A model generated the notes under the pieces. The model searched no databases and was not told the origin of the DNA. It was given only the letters and a program-made list of their open reading frames with translations. A program made the position numbers and the translations under genes. From Candidatus Nomurabacteria bacterium (lineage in GTDB: Bacteria; Patescibacteriota; Minisyncoccia; Phycocordibacterales; UBA2100), in NCBI GenBank assembly GCA_943359395.1, contig CALRHH010000004.1, positions 1,699-65,698 on the forward strand: a stretch of DNA of 64,000 nt, read 5' to 3'. Below are positions 46,347 to 56,241 of the stretch, in pieces. Positions within the stretch are counted from its first letter, which is position 1; every line of letters starts with the position of its first letter.

Positions 46347-47750
46347 TCAGACATCTTTGCCGATGGCAAAGAGCGTCTGTTCCCCGCCCCACGCGCCGAT
46401 TATCTGGAAACCTACCGGCAACTTTTTTCCATCACGCTCGACAGTGCCCCCTGGCACCGATATGGCCGGTACTCCCGCAAGATTCACTGGAACCGTGAAA
46501 ATATCTTCAAGGTAGAGCGCCACTGGATCGGAGTTCTTTTCTCCCAACTTAAACGCGGGCGAAGGAGTTGTCGGCATAACAATAGCATCGACCGTCTCGA
46601 ATGCTTTTGCAAAATCCGCTCGGATGAGCTCACGCACCGAACGCGCTTTTCGGTAGTACGCATCGGCGTAGCCTGAGGAGAGTACGAATGTACCTACGAG
46701 AATTCTGCGCCGTGTTTCCTTACCAAATCCTGCAGCCCGAGACTTTGAGTAAACCTCACCGATGTCGTCGGCGGAAACCGAGAGCCCGTATCGGATACCA
46801 TCGAGACGCGCGAGATTGGTCGAGACCTCCGCCGGATTAATGATGTAGTACACGGCAAGTGCGTACCGCAAAGAGGGTAACGCGACATCAACAATCGAGT
46901 ATCCAGCATTTTTCAATGTCTCCAACGTGTTTTCAAATTGTGTATGAATCTCAGGACTAAGGTCTTTCAAAAATTCTCTCGGCACTCCTATCACCTTCCG
47001 TTCAGCCACGGGCAAATCTTTTGTGTCGGGCAGAGATGTACTATCCATCGGGTCATGACCACGAATTGCATCAAAAAGGATTTTTGCATCACCGACACTC
47101 TTTCCGAGCGTCCCTATTTGGTCGAGAGAGGATGCCGCAGCGATGAGACCTGAGCGAGAAACAGCGCCGTACGTAGGCTTCATTCCTGCGATACCGCAGA
47201 AAGCTGCAGGCTGACGAATAGAACCACCTGTGTCGCTTCCAAGAGCGGCAAGCGCCATTCCCGCAGCCACGGCTGCGGCAGAGCCGCCCGAAGTACCACC
47301 AGGAACGCGTGAGGTATCGTGAGGGTTTTTCGTCGGTCCGTATGCCGAATTCTCCGTCGAGCTGCCAAGTGCGAACTCATCCATATTTGTCCGACCGAGA
47401 AATACCACACCCTGTGCTTTGAGTTTTGAAATAACAGTAGCGTCATACGAAGCCTTATAGTTTTCCAACATTTTCGACGCCGCGCTCGTAATGCGCCCCT
47501 CTATCAGGATGTTATCTTTGACCGCGATAGGAATTCCTGTAAGCGGCTGTGACTCCGCTCGCGCAATTATCGCATCCGCCGCCCTTGCCTCTTCCCGCGC
47601 AGAATCCGCCCATACTTCGAGGTATGCATGGATCTCTCCATCTTTTTTCTCTATCGCATCAAGATACGCATTCGTGAGGTCGAGCGCAGAATATTCCTTG
47701 GCATCCAATGCCCGCCGCGCCTCTGTGATGGTGAGTGTCGAGAGGTCCAT
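46347..47750 (-). CDS. gatA: Asp/Glu-tRNA amidotransferase subunit A
   Basis: KDN, TNMDEFA.GSSTE, PGG.SGGSAAAVA, GSDTGGSIRQPA, RRI..GTF.LS.GY. Confidence 0.97.
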   Translation of the reverse strand: MDLSTLTITEARRALDAKEYSALDLTNAYLDAIEKKDGEIHAYLEVWADSAREEARAADAIIARAESQPLTGIPIAVKDNILIEGRITSAASKMLENYKASYDATVISKLKAQGVVFLGRTNMDEFALGSSTENSAYGPTKNPHDTSRVPGGTSGGSAAAVAAGMALAALGSDTGGSIRQPAAFCGIAGMKPTYGAVSRSGLIAAASSLDQIGTLGKSVGDAKILFDAIRGHDPMDSTSLPDTKDLPVAERKVIGVPREFLKDLSPEIHTQFENTLETLKNAGYSIVDVALPSLRYALAVYYIINPAEVSTNLARLDGIRYGLSVSADDIGEVYSKSRAAGFGKETRRRILVGTFVLSSGYADAYYRKARSVRELIRADFAKAFETVDAIVMPTTPSPAFKLGEKNSDPVALYLEDIFTVPVNLAGVPAISVPGGTVERDGKKLPVGFQIIGAWGGEQTLFAIGKDV

Positions 47751-47751
47751 G

Positions 47752-48036
47752 CTATTTTTTGCGCGAGATTACTTGCTTTACGGCAATTCTGTCCCCCTCT
47801 CGTGCGGGTGCAGCATCTAAAAGGGCTTTTGTATGCTTGCCGCTTTCGATAGGGTTTTCGTCCTTGCGCATGATGTTGCGATGCGCAGGTGACTTCTCTT
47901 CCTCCGGAGCGTTTGCACTCTGCATCGTCTCCACAAAATGCAAAATCGCTGGAATTTCTTTTTCCAACTGGACCATCTCATCCGTCTGAATCTCCAACCG
48001 CGCAAGCTTGGCAAGTGCGGCAATGTCTACAGTCAT
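47752..48036 (-). CDS. gatC: Asp/Glu-tRNA amidotransferase subunit C
   Basis: LA.LARL, IL.FV..., N.MR.D, L..AP......V..V; directly upstream of gatA. Confidence 0.9.
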   Translation of the reverse strand: MTVDIAALAKLARLEIQTDEMVQLEKEIPAILHFVETMQSANAPEEEKSPAHRNIMRKDENPIESGKHTKALLDAAPAREGDRIAVKQVISRKK

Positions 48037-48082
48037 GGCGGAATAATACAAGAAAAAAAGGTATGGAGCGAGGTCACCATAA

Positions 48083-48112
48083 AAAACTAAGCCGGTGGTT
48101 GCCCACCGGCTT
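48083..48112 (-). terminator. Intrinsic terminator
   Basis: AAGCCGGTGG-ttgc-CCACCGGCTT with T tract on the minus strand. Confidence 0.75.
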
Positions 48113-48163
48113 GAATGTTGTATGAGCCAGACTGCCGACTCAAATTTTGAACTTGTTGGCGCG

Positions 48164-48481
48164 TCAGTCGCCGCCGGCAGTGGCCTCGGCGGCCGCACAA
48201 GCCTTCAGGTCGGCGATGACCGCATCGGCCTCGGGCGACCAGTGGTGCATCGGCACCTTCTGGGCGGCCGGATTCACGACGCAGGCATTGAACATCAGCA
48301 GATGCAGGAAGGTTCGGGTTTCATCGGTGCCCTGCTTCGCGGTCTCGACAGCTTCGTCGAATTTCGCCCCCGCGACACCGTCAGCCTTGATACCGGCCGG
48401 ATCAATGCCCATCGTGCGCATGCCCCTGATGATGCCGTTAATCGCCGTCCCGTTCGGTCCGTATTTCTTCGCCTTTGCCAT
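48164..48481 (-). CDS. Hypothetical protein in a stand-alone GC-rich unit
   Basis: 105-aa ORF with GC-rich third positions, GGGAGA SD-like motif, own promoter and terminator. Confidence 0.7.
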   Translation of the reverse strand: MAKAKKYGPNGTAINGIIRGMRTMGIDPAGIKADGVAGAKFDEAVETAKQGTDETRTFLHLLMFNACVVNPAAQKVPMHHWSPEADAVIADLKACAAAEATAGGD

Positions 48482-48556
48482 GATTGATCTCCCGATCGTT
48501 TGGCACGCTTTAGCGCATCGCTTCCCCTACGAGACAACGACCGCAAAGCAGCTGCG

Positions 48557-48585
48557 TTTATAGCACTTTCTATAAAAAAGTCAAG
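48557..48585 (-). promoter_or_regulatory. Sigma70-type promoter
   Basis: TTGACT-N16/17-TATAAA with TG extension. Confidence 0.55.
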
Positions 48586-48600
48586 AATACCCACAGATGC

Positions 48601-50625
<2,025 letters not shown>

Positions 50626-50631
50626 CTAGAC

Positions 50632-51291
50632 CTAGTAGTGAAGTTCCACGGAACGCTGCAATGCCCGCGCACTCGTCAATATTGACGCGCAATTCGTACT
50701 ATACCCGTCCGCACGGATAATGGTGCGTATTGAGTCTGTCGGCGCTCCCGTAACGCACACCCCGTCTGCGTTAAACGTCCCCTGACACTTTGTGACAGAT
50801 ACCTGCGCGCAGAGATTGCCGGAAATCGTAGCGTCCTCAAAAAGATCCATCTTTTGGGACGTCATCGTATACGGATAGTACGGAGGTGCCGTCGGTCGAC
50901 CTTCTGCCGCTAAGAGTTTTGTGTCACACGTTGGGTTGGGGTTATTACACGACGCATTTATCAAATCCGTCGAACTTGCAAAATAGTTGCAGCGGAAATC
51001 CCAATAGAGGGCACACTCAGCTGCGGTGTCAGCAGCATAAAACGCGAATTGCGAGTCCCGTCCGATGGCTGAAAGTAAAACCTGTTTCTGTGCGATGCCG
51101 AAAATCGCAGCACCGACCGCGAGAACAATAGACGAAACGAGCGCGGCCAGAAGCAGCGTAAAGCCTGAATTCGCCGCGCGGCGCCGCCCTAGGCGGTTTG
51201 ACTGTCGGCCTGCGGCCGATGGGAGAAGATTCACGTCGGAACGAACACGTTCCGACGAGATAAGCTGTGTCATCCGGTGTATAAATTTCAT
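50632..51291 (-). CDS. Minor pilin, PilX-like
   Basis: G|FTLLL hydrophobic helix without E5, AFYAA..A.ECAL; extended leader. Confidence 0.8.
   Translation of the reverse strand: MKFIHRMTQLISSERVRSDVNLLPSAAGRQSNRLGRRRAANSGFTLLLAALVSSIVLAVGAAIFGIAQKQVLLSAIGRDSQFAFYAADTAAECALYWDFRCNYFASSTDLINASCNNPNPTCDTKLLAAEGRPTAPPYYPYTMTSQKMDLFEDATISGNLCAQVSVTKCQGTFNADGVCVTGAPTDSIRTIIRADGYSTNCASILTSARALQRSVELHY
51164..51258 (-). repeat. Three-hairpin structured repeat, copy 2 (in pilin leader)
   Basis: CGTCGGAAC/GTTCCGACG, TCGGCC/GGCCGA, CCGCC/GGCGG, CGCCGCGCGGCG-AATTCAGG. Confidence 0.7.
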
Positions 51292-51292
51292 A

Positions 51293-51943
51293 CTATTGCT
51301 GTCCTACGCCGTCATCGACCCAGCGATACATATTCTCCGAAATGGTGAATGAACGCTCTTGAATAGGTCCGGTCTGCCATGTGACGGTCACCGTAACACG
51401 TATCTCGTCCATGCTCCCCGTCACCTGGTAGGCGTGTAGAGTCCGCGTGAAATATGTCGGTGTCCACGCACCCAGGTCATCGCCAAGCCCCGGATAGCCG
51501 TACAGAGTCAGGTTTGTCTGAAGTGGCGGACATGTTCCATTGCACCGAACGATGGCGGTCGACGCGTCTCCCTTGCGACCATCGATTGTAAACGGCTCAT
51601 TGAGTCGAGGAATGAGTCCGAAGATGTCCGGTGCCCCTTCAGCACTTCCCGCGATAACGAGAATTTGGGAATCTCGAATACTGCGCACAGCCTCGATTGC
51701 CTCCTGTGCAAGGTAGAAAGCCGTTATTTGGTCTCGCGCATAGTACGCAGAACCGAGACTTTTCGACGCGAGAGCCATCGGAGACACCACCGCGACAGAC
51801 AAGAGCATCACCGCGACAAGCGTCTCGATGAGAGTAAAACCAGCTTGTAGCTTGTAGCTTGTAGCTGACAGAGGCCAGAATCTTCTGAATTTTTTGCTTA
51901 CTACAAGCTGTAAGCTGTAAGCTGTAAGCTTGAATTCCATCAT
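51293..51943 (-). CDS. Minor pilin, PilV-like
   Basis: G|FTLIE, A.YLAQE.IE..R, V.V.V.W. Confidence 0.85.
   Translation of the reverse strand: MMEFKLTAYSLQLVVSKKFRRFWPLSATSYKLQAGFTLIETLVAVMLLSVAVVSPMALASKSLGSAYYARDQITAFYLAQEAIEAVRSIRDSQILVIAGSAEGAPDIFGLIPRLNEPFTIDGRKGDASTAIVRCNGTCPPLQTNLTLYGYPGLGDDLGAWTPTYFTRTLHAYQVTGSMDEIRVTVTVTWQTGPIQERSFTISENMYRWVDDGVGQQ
51842..51931. repeat. Two heptamer tandem arrays in pilin leader
   Basis: (AGCTTGT)x3 at 51842-51862 and (AAGCTGT)x3 at 51905-51925, each with a partial extra unit. Confidence 0.85.
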
Positions 51944-52647
51944 AGATCAAGTACTCGTTGGACTGCCGCGGCTTGAAGATGGAAAGTCGTACGGCTGGAG
52001 GATCCCGGAGCCCCGGCGCTCCCCTTTATAACAATAACGACTTTAGGCTGTACCGTGTCGCCACGCGTCGTACCTACTACGTAAAAAAGCATTTCATCGA
52101 TAGTGACTTCGGGAGCGGTGATGGGTGCGGCACCTGAAATCGAACCGCTCGTTGACCTCTCCAGCCGGTGGGTTACGGTATTGAAATTATATATCCAGTG
52201 CGGGTCTGACGTACTGCCGAAAGACTGGAACTCGAACGTGGTACTCCCTCCCGTGCAATCATTCGGACCGCCCGTATTACCCGTGCATCCAGTTGAGCCG
52301 TCGAAATCATTGCCCATGCGGATAGAGCGCGCCATACCGTCGAGCGCGATGTTGAGGTTATTCATGACGGATTGTAGCGCCTGCGCTTTCCTATTTGCAC
52401 TCACGAGAGCGAGAAGCGCCCCGACACAAACCACCATGACGATTGAGAATAATGCAATCGCCACAACCATTTCAACGAGTGTAAATCCTGAATTCGCCGT
52501 GAGGCGCCTGACCCCGCCGTGAGGCGCCCGAAGGGGTCGCAGGTCAGCTTTGCTGGCCGGAGACGGGTCACGTCGGAATGAGAACATTCCGACGAATCTA
52601 TATTCCGACGTCAAAAATCTTGCGAGCTTGTGTTTGATCTTATCCAT
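51940..52647 (-). CDS. Minor pilin, PilW-like
   Basis: G|FTLVE, M.R.IR.G, IT.PEV.I....F, QP.V.I...G. Confidence 0.85.
   Translation of the reverse strand: MDKIKHKLARFLTSEYRFVGMFSFRRDPSPASKADLRPLRAPHGGVRRLTANSGFTLVEMVVAIALFSIVMVVCVGALLALVSANRKAQALQSVMNNLNIALDGMARSIRMGNDFDGSTGCTGNTGGPNDCTGGSTTFEFQSFGSTSDPHWIYNFNTVTHRLERSTSGSISGAAPITAPEVTIDEMLFYVVGTTRGDTVQPKVVIVIKGSAGAPGSSSRTTFHLQAAAVQRVLDL
52487..52612 (-). repeat. Three-hairpin structured repeat, copy 3 (in pilin leader)
   Basis: CGTCGGAATG/CATTCCGACG, CAGC/GCTG, CCC/GGG, duplicated GGCGCCTCACGGCG, AATTCAGG. Confidence 0.7.
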
Positions 52648-52648
52648 A

Positions 52649-53344
52649 CTATTGTGAAGTCTCCCTTTGTACTGATATCTGACCGTTTGCCCCGACTATC
52701 ACACTCATGACATCGCCGCGGGGGGAGAGGAGAATAATTCGAGCGCTTTCAGCGCAAATGCCAGCGCCATAGACACATCCCACTCCGTTTGCACTTATCC
52801 ACGCGTCCGCCTCGGGACGTTTAAAAACAATGTCGAGCTCTGAGGCCGGGCTCACTCCCACGCAGGTAGCGGCGTCAGCTCCCTCAGGAGCGCAGAGACC
52901 GGATATTCTGTAACCATTACGAATAGTATACGGTGACGGAGAAACGTTCTCGTCGGGTGAATCGAAGAAGCCGTCCTTGTCGACATCCGCAAAAAGTTCG
53001 TAATGCAATGGGTCGTCGATATTGAAGTGCATACCGTACCCGGAGGAAAAATTTCCCGCCCCGTATCTCTGAACAGAGATGCCGAATACCTGCGCTTGCC
53101 GGACTGAAAGCGCCACATCGTAGGCCAGATTTTCAAGTTGTACAATTCCACCAAAGCGATTGTTGTTGACCAGCACTACGGACGTCACGACGATAATAAT
53201 CCCCGTCACGACTACGAGCTCGACCAAAGTAAACCCCGTTAGAGAGGCCCTTCGGGGTGCACGAGAAACCAAACCGTTTTTCTCTAACGGGGTAAAAGCC
53301 CGAAGACGTGAGAGGTGTCTATGCCGTAGAGTGATACGAACCAT
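52649..53344 (-). CDS. Minor pilin, FimT/FimU-like
   Basis: G|FTLVE, A..V...R.AQ, YG..F, F.RP, G.I; start uncertain (ATG 53344 or a TTG inside the element). Confidence 0.8.
   Translation of the reverse strand: MVRITLRHRHLSRLRAFTPLEKNGLVSRAPRRASLTGFTLVELVVVTGIIIVVTSVVLVNNNRFGGIVQLENLAYDVALSVRQAQVFGISVQRYGAGNFSSGYGMHFNIDDPLHYELFADVDKDGFFDSPDENVSPSPYTIRNGYRISGLCAPEGADAATCVGVSPASELDIVFKRPEADAWISANGVGCVYGAGICAESARIILLSPRGDVMSVIVGANGQISVQRETSQ
53233..53293. mobile_element. TIR-bounded mini-element, copy e (TTAGA variant) at the pilD/pilin junction
   Basis: ACCCCGTTAGAGA ... TCTCTAACGGGGT (perfect 13-bp TIR). Confidence 0.75.
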
Positions 53345-54135
53345 ATGATGATGCAACTTAGAATGAGAAACGGACCAAATGGAATCTCGCTTTTCATTGT
53401 AAACCCTCCGCGGGGCTTTCCGCGCGAAGTTATCCCAAGTGTGTACAGCGCTTCTGCAATGTGCGGCAAAGGTAGAAGTATGAGTATGGACACGATGGCA
53501 CCCACGACAAATGCTCCGAAGACGGCAAGCAAGCCGAGAGCGGGACCGAGTAACCACCCGATGCCGAGGGCAAGCTTAGCATCCCCCAATCCCATCCATC
53601 TCCCACGGGAGAACAGCCACAAAGCAAAAAGTGGTGCGGCGACAACAGGTCCCGCAAAGATGAACCACAACAATGTGTACTCGTCCGAGAACGGCTGTAA
53701 AAATTGAGAAACGAATGCGAGTCCGGCGAACGCGTACACCCACTCGTCGGGGATTATCGTGTGTAATATATCGTAAGTGGTAATACATACGAAAACGGCA
53801 AGAACGCAAAGGTGTATGAGGATGAGCGCAACTCCGGGCAATGATAGACCGAGGGATGAGGAGCCAACCCAGAAACCCAAGAGTCCGAAAAGGAGTCCTG
53901 TCGCGGCCTCGACAAGCGGATACTGAACAGAGACGCGGCCTCGACACGCCCGGCATCTTCCTCCGAGCTCCAACCACGAGAAAACGGGTATCATGTCGTA
54001 CCATCGAAGTTGCGTGCCACAGCTCATACATCCACTTCGGCCGTTGAGAGAGCGAGCCCCGTGGCGCAGAATGACGACGTTGAGAAAACTCCCGACGATA
54101 AGGCCAAGAAGTCCGAAGAGAAGTCCGAAGCTCAT
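53284..54135 (-). CDS. pilD: Prepilin peptidase
   Basis: GSFLNV...R, RS.C..C...L.W.D.IP, C..C, YP.VE, D....IP, MG.GD.KL, PFGPFL. Confidence 0.95.
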   Translation of the reverse strand: MSFGLLFGLLGLIVGSFLNVVILRHGARSLNGRSGCMSCGTQLRWYDMIPVFSWLELGGRCRACRGRVSVQYPLVEAATGLLFGLLGFWVGSSSLGLSLPGVALILIHLCVLAVFVCITTYDILHTIIPDEWVYAFAGLAFVSQFLQPFSDEYTLLWFIFAGPVVAAPLFALWLFSRGRWMGLGDAKLALGIGWLLGPALGLLAVFGAFVVGAIVSILILLPLPHIAEALYTLGITSRGKPRGGFTMKSEIPFGPFLILSCIIIWFVSLYGIDTSHVFGLLPR

Positions 54136-54144
54136 TGGCTCACA

Positions 54145-54251
54145 GTATACCCCGTGGGATAAACGCATCAGCGAGACGAAGAGAATCATATCCTCATGAC
54201 GAACCTGGTGCGTCTAAGATACATCCACATTTCCTATCCCATGGGGTATAC
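54145..54251. mobile_element. TIR-bounded mini-element, copy d
   Basis: GTATACCCCGTGGGATA ... TATCCCATGGGGTATAC. Confidence 0.75.
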
Positions 54252-54252
54252 A

Positions 54253-54287
54253 AGCAAAACACCGCGTCAGACACGGTGTTTTGCTTT
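54253..54287 (-). terminator. Terminator after the major pilin
   Basis: AGCAAAACACCG-cgtcagaca-CGGTGTTTTGCT. Confidence 0.7.
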
Positions 54288-54303
54288 CCGTACAGAAGCT
54301 AGA

Positions 54304-54807
54304 CTACGGTCTTACGTCGTAGACAACACCATCGGCGGACCCGTTGAATCCTCCGTTGACTGCGGTGAAGTCAGCGTTGGTCGTCCATGTACCACCGGTA
54401 CATTGGCTGTTTAGGACCGCATCGTAGTCGATGTCCGAGCTCAAAGCACTGTGACCAACCGTCTCAAGCTTGGCGCCCAAGTGATAGCTTGTGCAATTCG
54501 TGCCGCTCCCGATCGCCTCGTAAGCGTAGCTGAGGAGACTCAAAGGGTCTCTCGGTAGTGCGGAGATGAAACCATCAGCCACCAAGTCTGTTGCATATTG
54601 CGCCGACGTTGGATATTTGCTGTTCGCATCATAATAGAGCTCAAGAGCAAGCTGAATTTGCTTGATGTCGGAAACGCGGCGTGCATCTCGGCCCTTTTTA
54701 CGTGCACTATTCAACGAGGCAAGAACTATTGAGGAAAGGATACCGATAATGGCGATGACCACGAGGAGCTCTATCAAAGTGAAACCCTTCTTATAAGATG
54801 TCTTCAT
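54304..54807 (-). CDS. Type IV pilin, probable major pilin
   Basis: Short leader MKTSYKKG|FTLIELLVVIAIIGIL, ARRxSD, ALE.YY, P.DP; own promoter and terminator. Confidence 0.9.
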   Translation of the reverse strand: MKTSYKKGFTLIELLVVIAIIGILSSIVLASLNSARKKGRDARRVSDIKQIQLALELYYDANSKYPTSAQYATDLVADGFISALPRDPLSLLSYAYEAIGSGTNCTSYHLGAKLETVGHSALSSDIDYDAVLNSQCTGGTWTTNADFTAVNGGFNGSADGVVYDVRP

Positions 54808-54893
54808 AATATCGTAAAGTTTACTTGCTAAATTACCCTAGTAACGAGGATGACTACCATTGTATACCTATACGCCCCCCATCTAAAGGCGCC

Positions 54894-54902
54894 TGTGGAT
54901 AA
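54894..54902. promoter_or_regulatory. Consensus DnaA box upstream of the pilin promoter
   Basis: TGTGGATAA; TACAAT -10 box about 30 nt downstream on the minus strand. Confidence 0.45.
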
Positions 54903-54941
54903 TGAATCTTCACCCTTCTAGGGTTTGTGGTTAATTTACGA

Positions 54942-55024
54942 CGCACGAACGTACTCGTTCGTGCGTGACACTCCTCGTATCGGCTTTTAGCCGACACTCG
55001 GCCCCCATGGGCGCCTCACGGCGG
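54942..55024 (+). repeat. Three-hairpin structured repeat, copy 4 (after pilC stop)
   Basis: CGCACGAAC/GTTCGTGCG, TCGGCT/AGCCGA, GCCC/GGGC, GCCTCACGGCGG. Confidence 0.75.
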
Positions 55025-55026
55025 TG

Positions 55027-56235
55027 TCAAAACGCCGAAGCAATATTGTAGATTGGCAACAGTACGGACGCGAGAAGTATCGCGACGCCGAGAGCCAAAA
55101 TCACAATCATCAAAGGCTCAATGAGGCTGACGAGCGTATCCACGGCGTTGTTTACTTCGCGCCGGTAAAACCGCGCCATAGTTTCGAGTATCTTTCCCAT
55201 ATTTCCTGTCTCTTCTCCAATTTTGACCATGGCCACGACGATACCGGGAATTTCTGGATGTTTGCGCAGAGCCTCGGAAAGGGGCATGCCGCCTTTGACG
55301 TCGACGGCCGCATCGGCGAGCACTTTCTCGTAGACCGCATCCCCCACCACGAGTCCCGTGATCTCCAGGCCGCGCAATACCTGAATACCGCTGCGAAGCA
55401 TCGTCGAGAGGTTATCCGCGATGCGCGAAAGAAATATCTTGCGGTAAATATTGCCGATAGCCGGCGTTTCGAGGCGCGCGCGAGAGAGTACTTCTCTTCC
55501 CCGCGCCGTGCGCGAGAACCGATACAGAAAAATACCGCTCACCACGAGAAGTATGAGGACGAGGAAAATGTAGTGGGTAAAGAATTGCGACATCCCTATG
55601 ACCACTTTGGTATAAAGCGGCAGATCTTGCCCGACTTCCGAAAGCATTCCTGCGAGCTGCGGAATGACGAGGGTCATCATGAGGACCATGACCACGACGA
55701 ACGTAAGCATGATGAAAGCCGGATAAACCAAAGCGTTGCGAGCTTTCTGAGTAAGTTCAAAATTCCTGTCCAAATACTCGGCGAGGAAGGAAAATGTTTC
55801 GTCGAGCTTTCCGCTCTCTTCACCCGCGCGGACCATATTTACGTAAAACGAGGAAAAGATTTCCGGATGTCGCGCGAGGGCTGCGGAAATACTGCTTCCG
55901 CTTTGGAGATCGTTGCCGATTATTGTGAGCTTCTCTCCCAAAGCCGGCGTCCGTGCTTCGGCCGCGAGGAGCCTAAAGGCACGGAGAGCAGATACCTGAG
56001 CCTCAAAGAGTGTCGTTATCTGGCGGGAGAGCATCACGACGTCCGCATTCGTCACTCGGTCAAAAAGCGCGAGGCGTTTCGAGAGAAGAGACGCGCCCTC
56101 GGCCGGGTCGATGCCTGATATTACGAGTCCGCGCCGCTGTAAAGCCGCAATTGCGATATCCATGTTGACCGCATCGATAGTGCCTTGCCGCTCATTGCCT
56201 TCCGCATCGAGGGCAGTGTAGGTAAAAATAGCCAT
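55027..56235 (-). CDS. pilC: Type IV pilus platform protein PilC (GspF family)
   Basis: RQ......A, GE.SG.L, AL.YP, GEETG, EP. Confidence 0.95.
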   Translation of the reverse strand: MAIFTYTALDAEGNERQGTIDAVNMDIAIAALQRRGLVISGIDPAEGASLLSKRLALFDRVTNADVVMLSRQITTLFEAQVSALRAFRLLAAEARTPALGEKLTIIGNDLQSGSSISAALARHPEIFSSFYVNMVRAGEESGKLDETFSFLAEYLDRNFELTQKARNALVYPAFIMLTFVVVMVLMMTLVIPQLAGMLSEVGQDLPLYTKVVIGMSQFFTHYIFLVLILLVVSGIFLYRFSRTARGREVLSRARLETPAIGNIYRKIFLSRIADNLSTMLRSGIQVLRGLEITGLVVGDAVYEKVLADAAVDVKGGMPLSEALRKHPEIPGIVVAMVKIGEETGNMGKILETMARFYRREVNNAVDTLVSLIEPLMIVILALGVAILLASVLLPIYNIASAF

Positions 56236-56241
56236 ACAAAA

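Noticed and set aside
48037..48198. Long N-terminal extension of gatC in the ORF track
   Set aside because: Crosses a terminator and overlaps another gene; ATG at 48036 has TATTAT-N6.
53345..53557. Upstream extension of the FimT-like pilin ORF
   Set aside because: Lies deep inside pilD in another frame.
55024..56118. 364-aa plus-strand ORF
   Set aside because: Antisense shadow of pilC.
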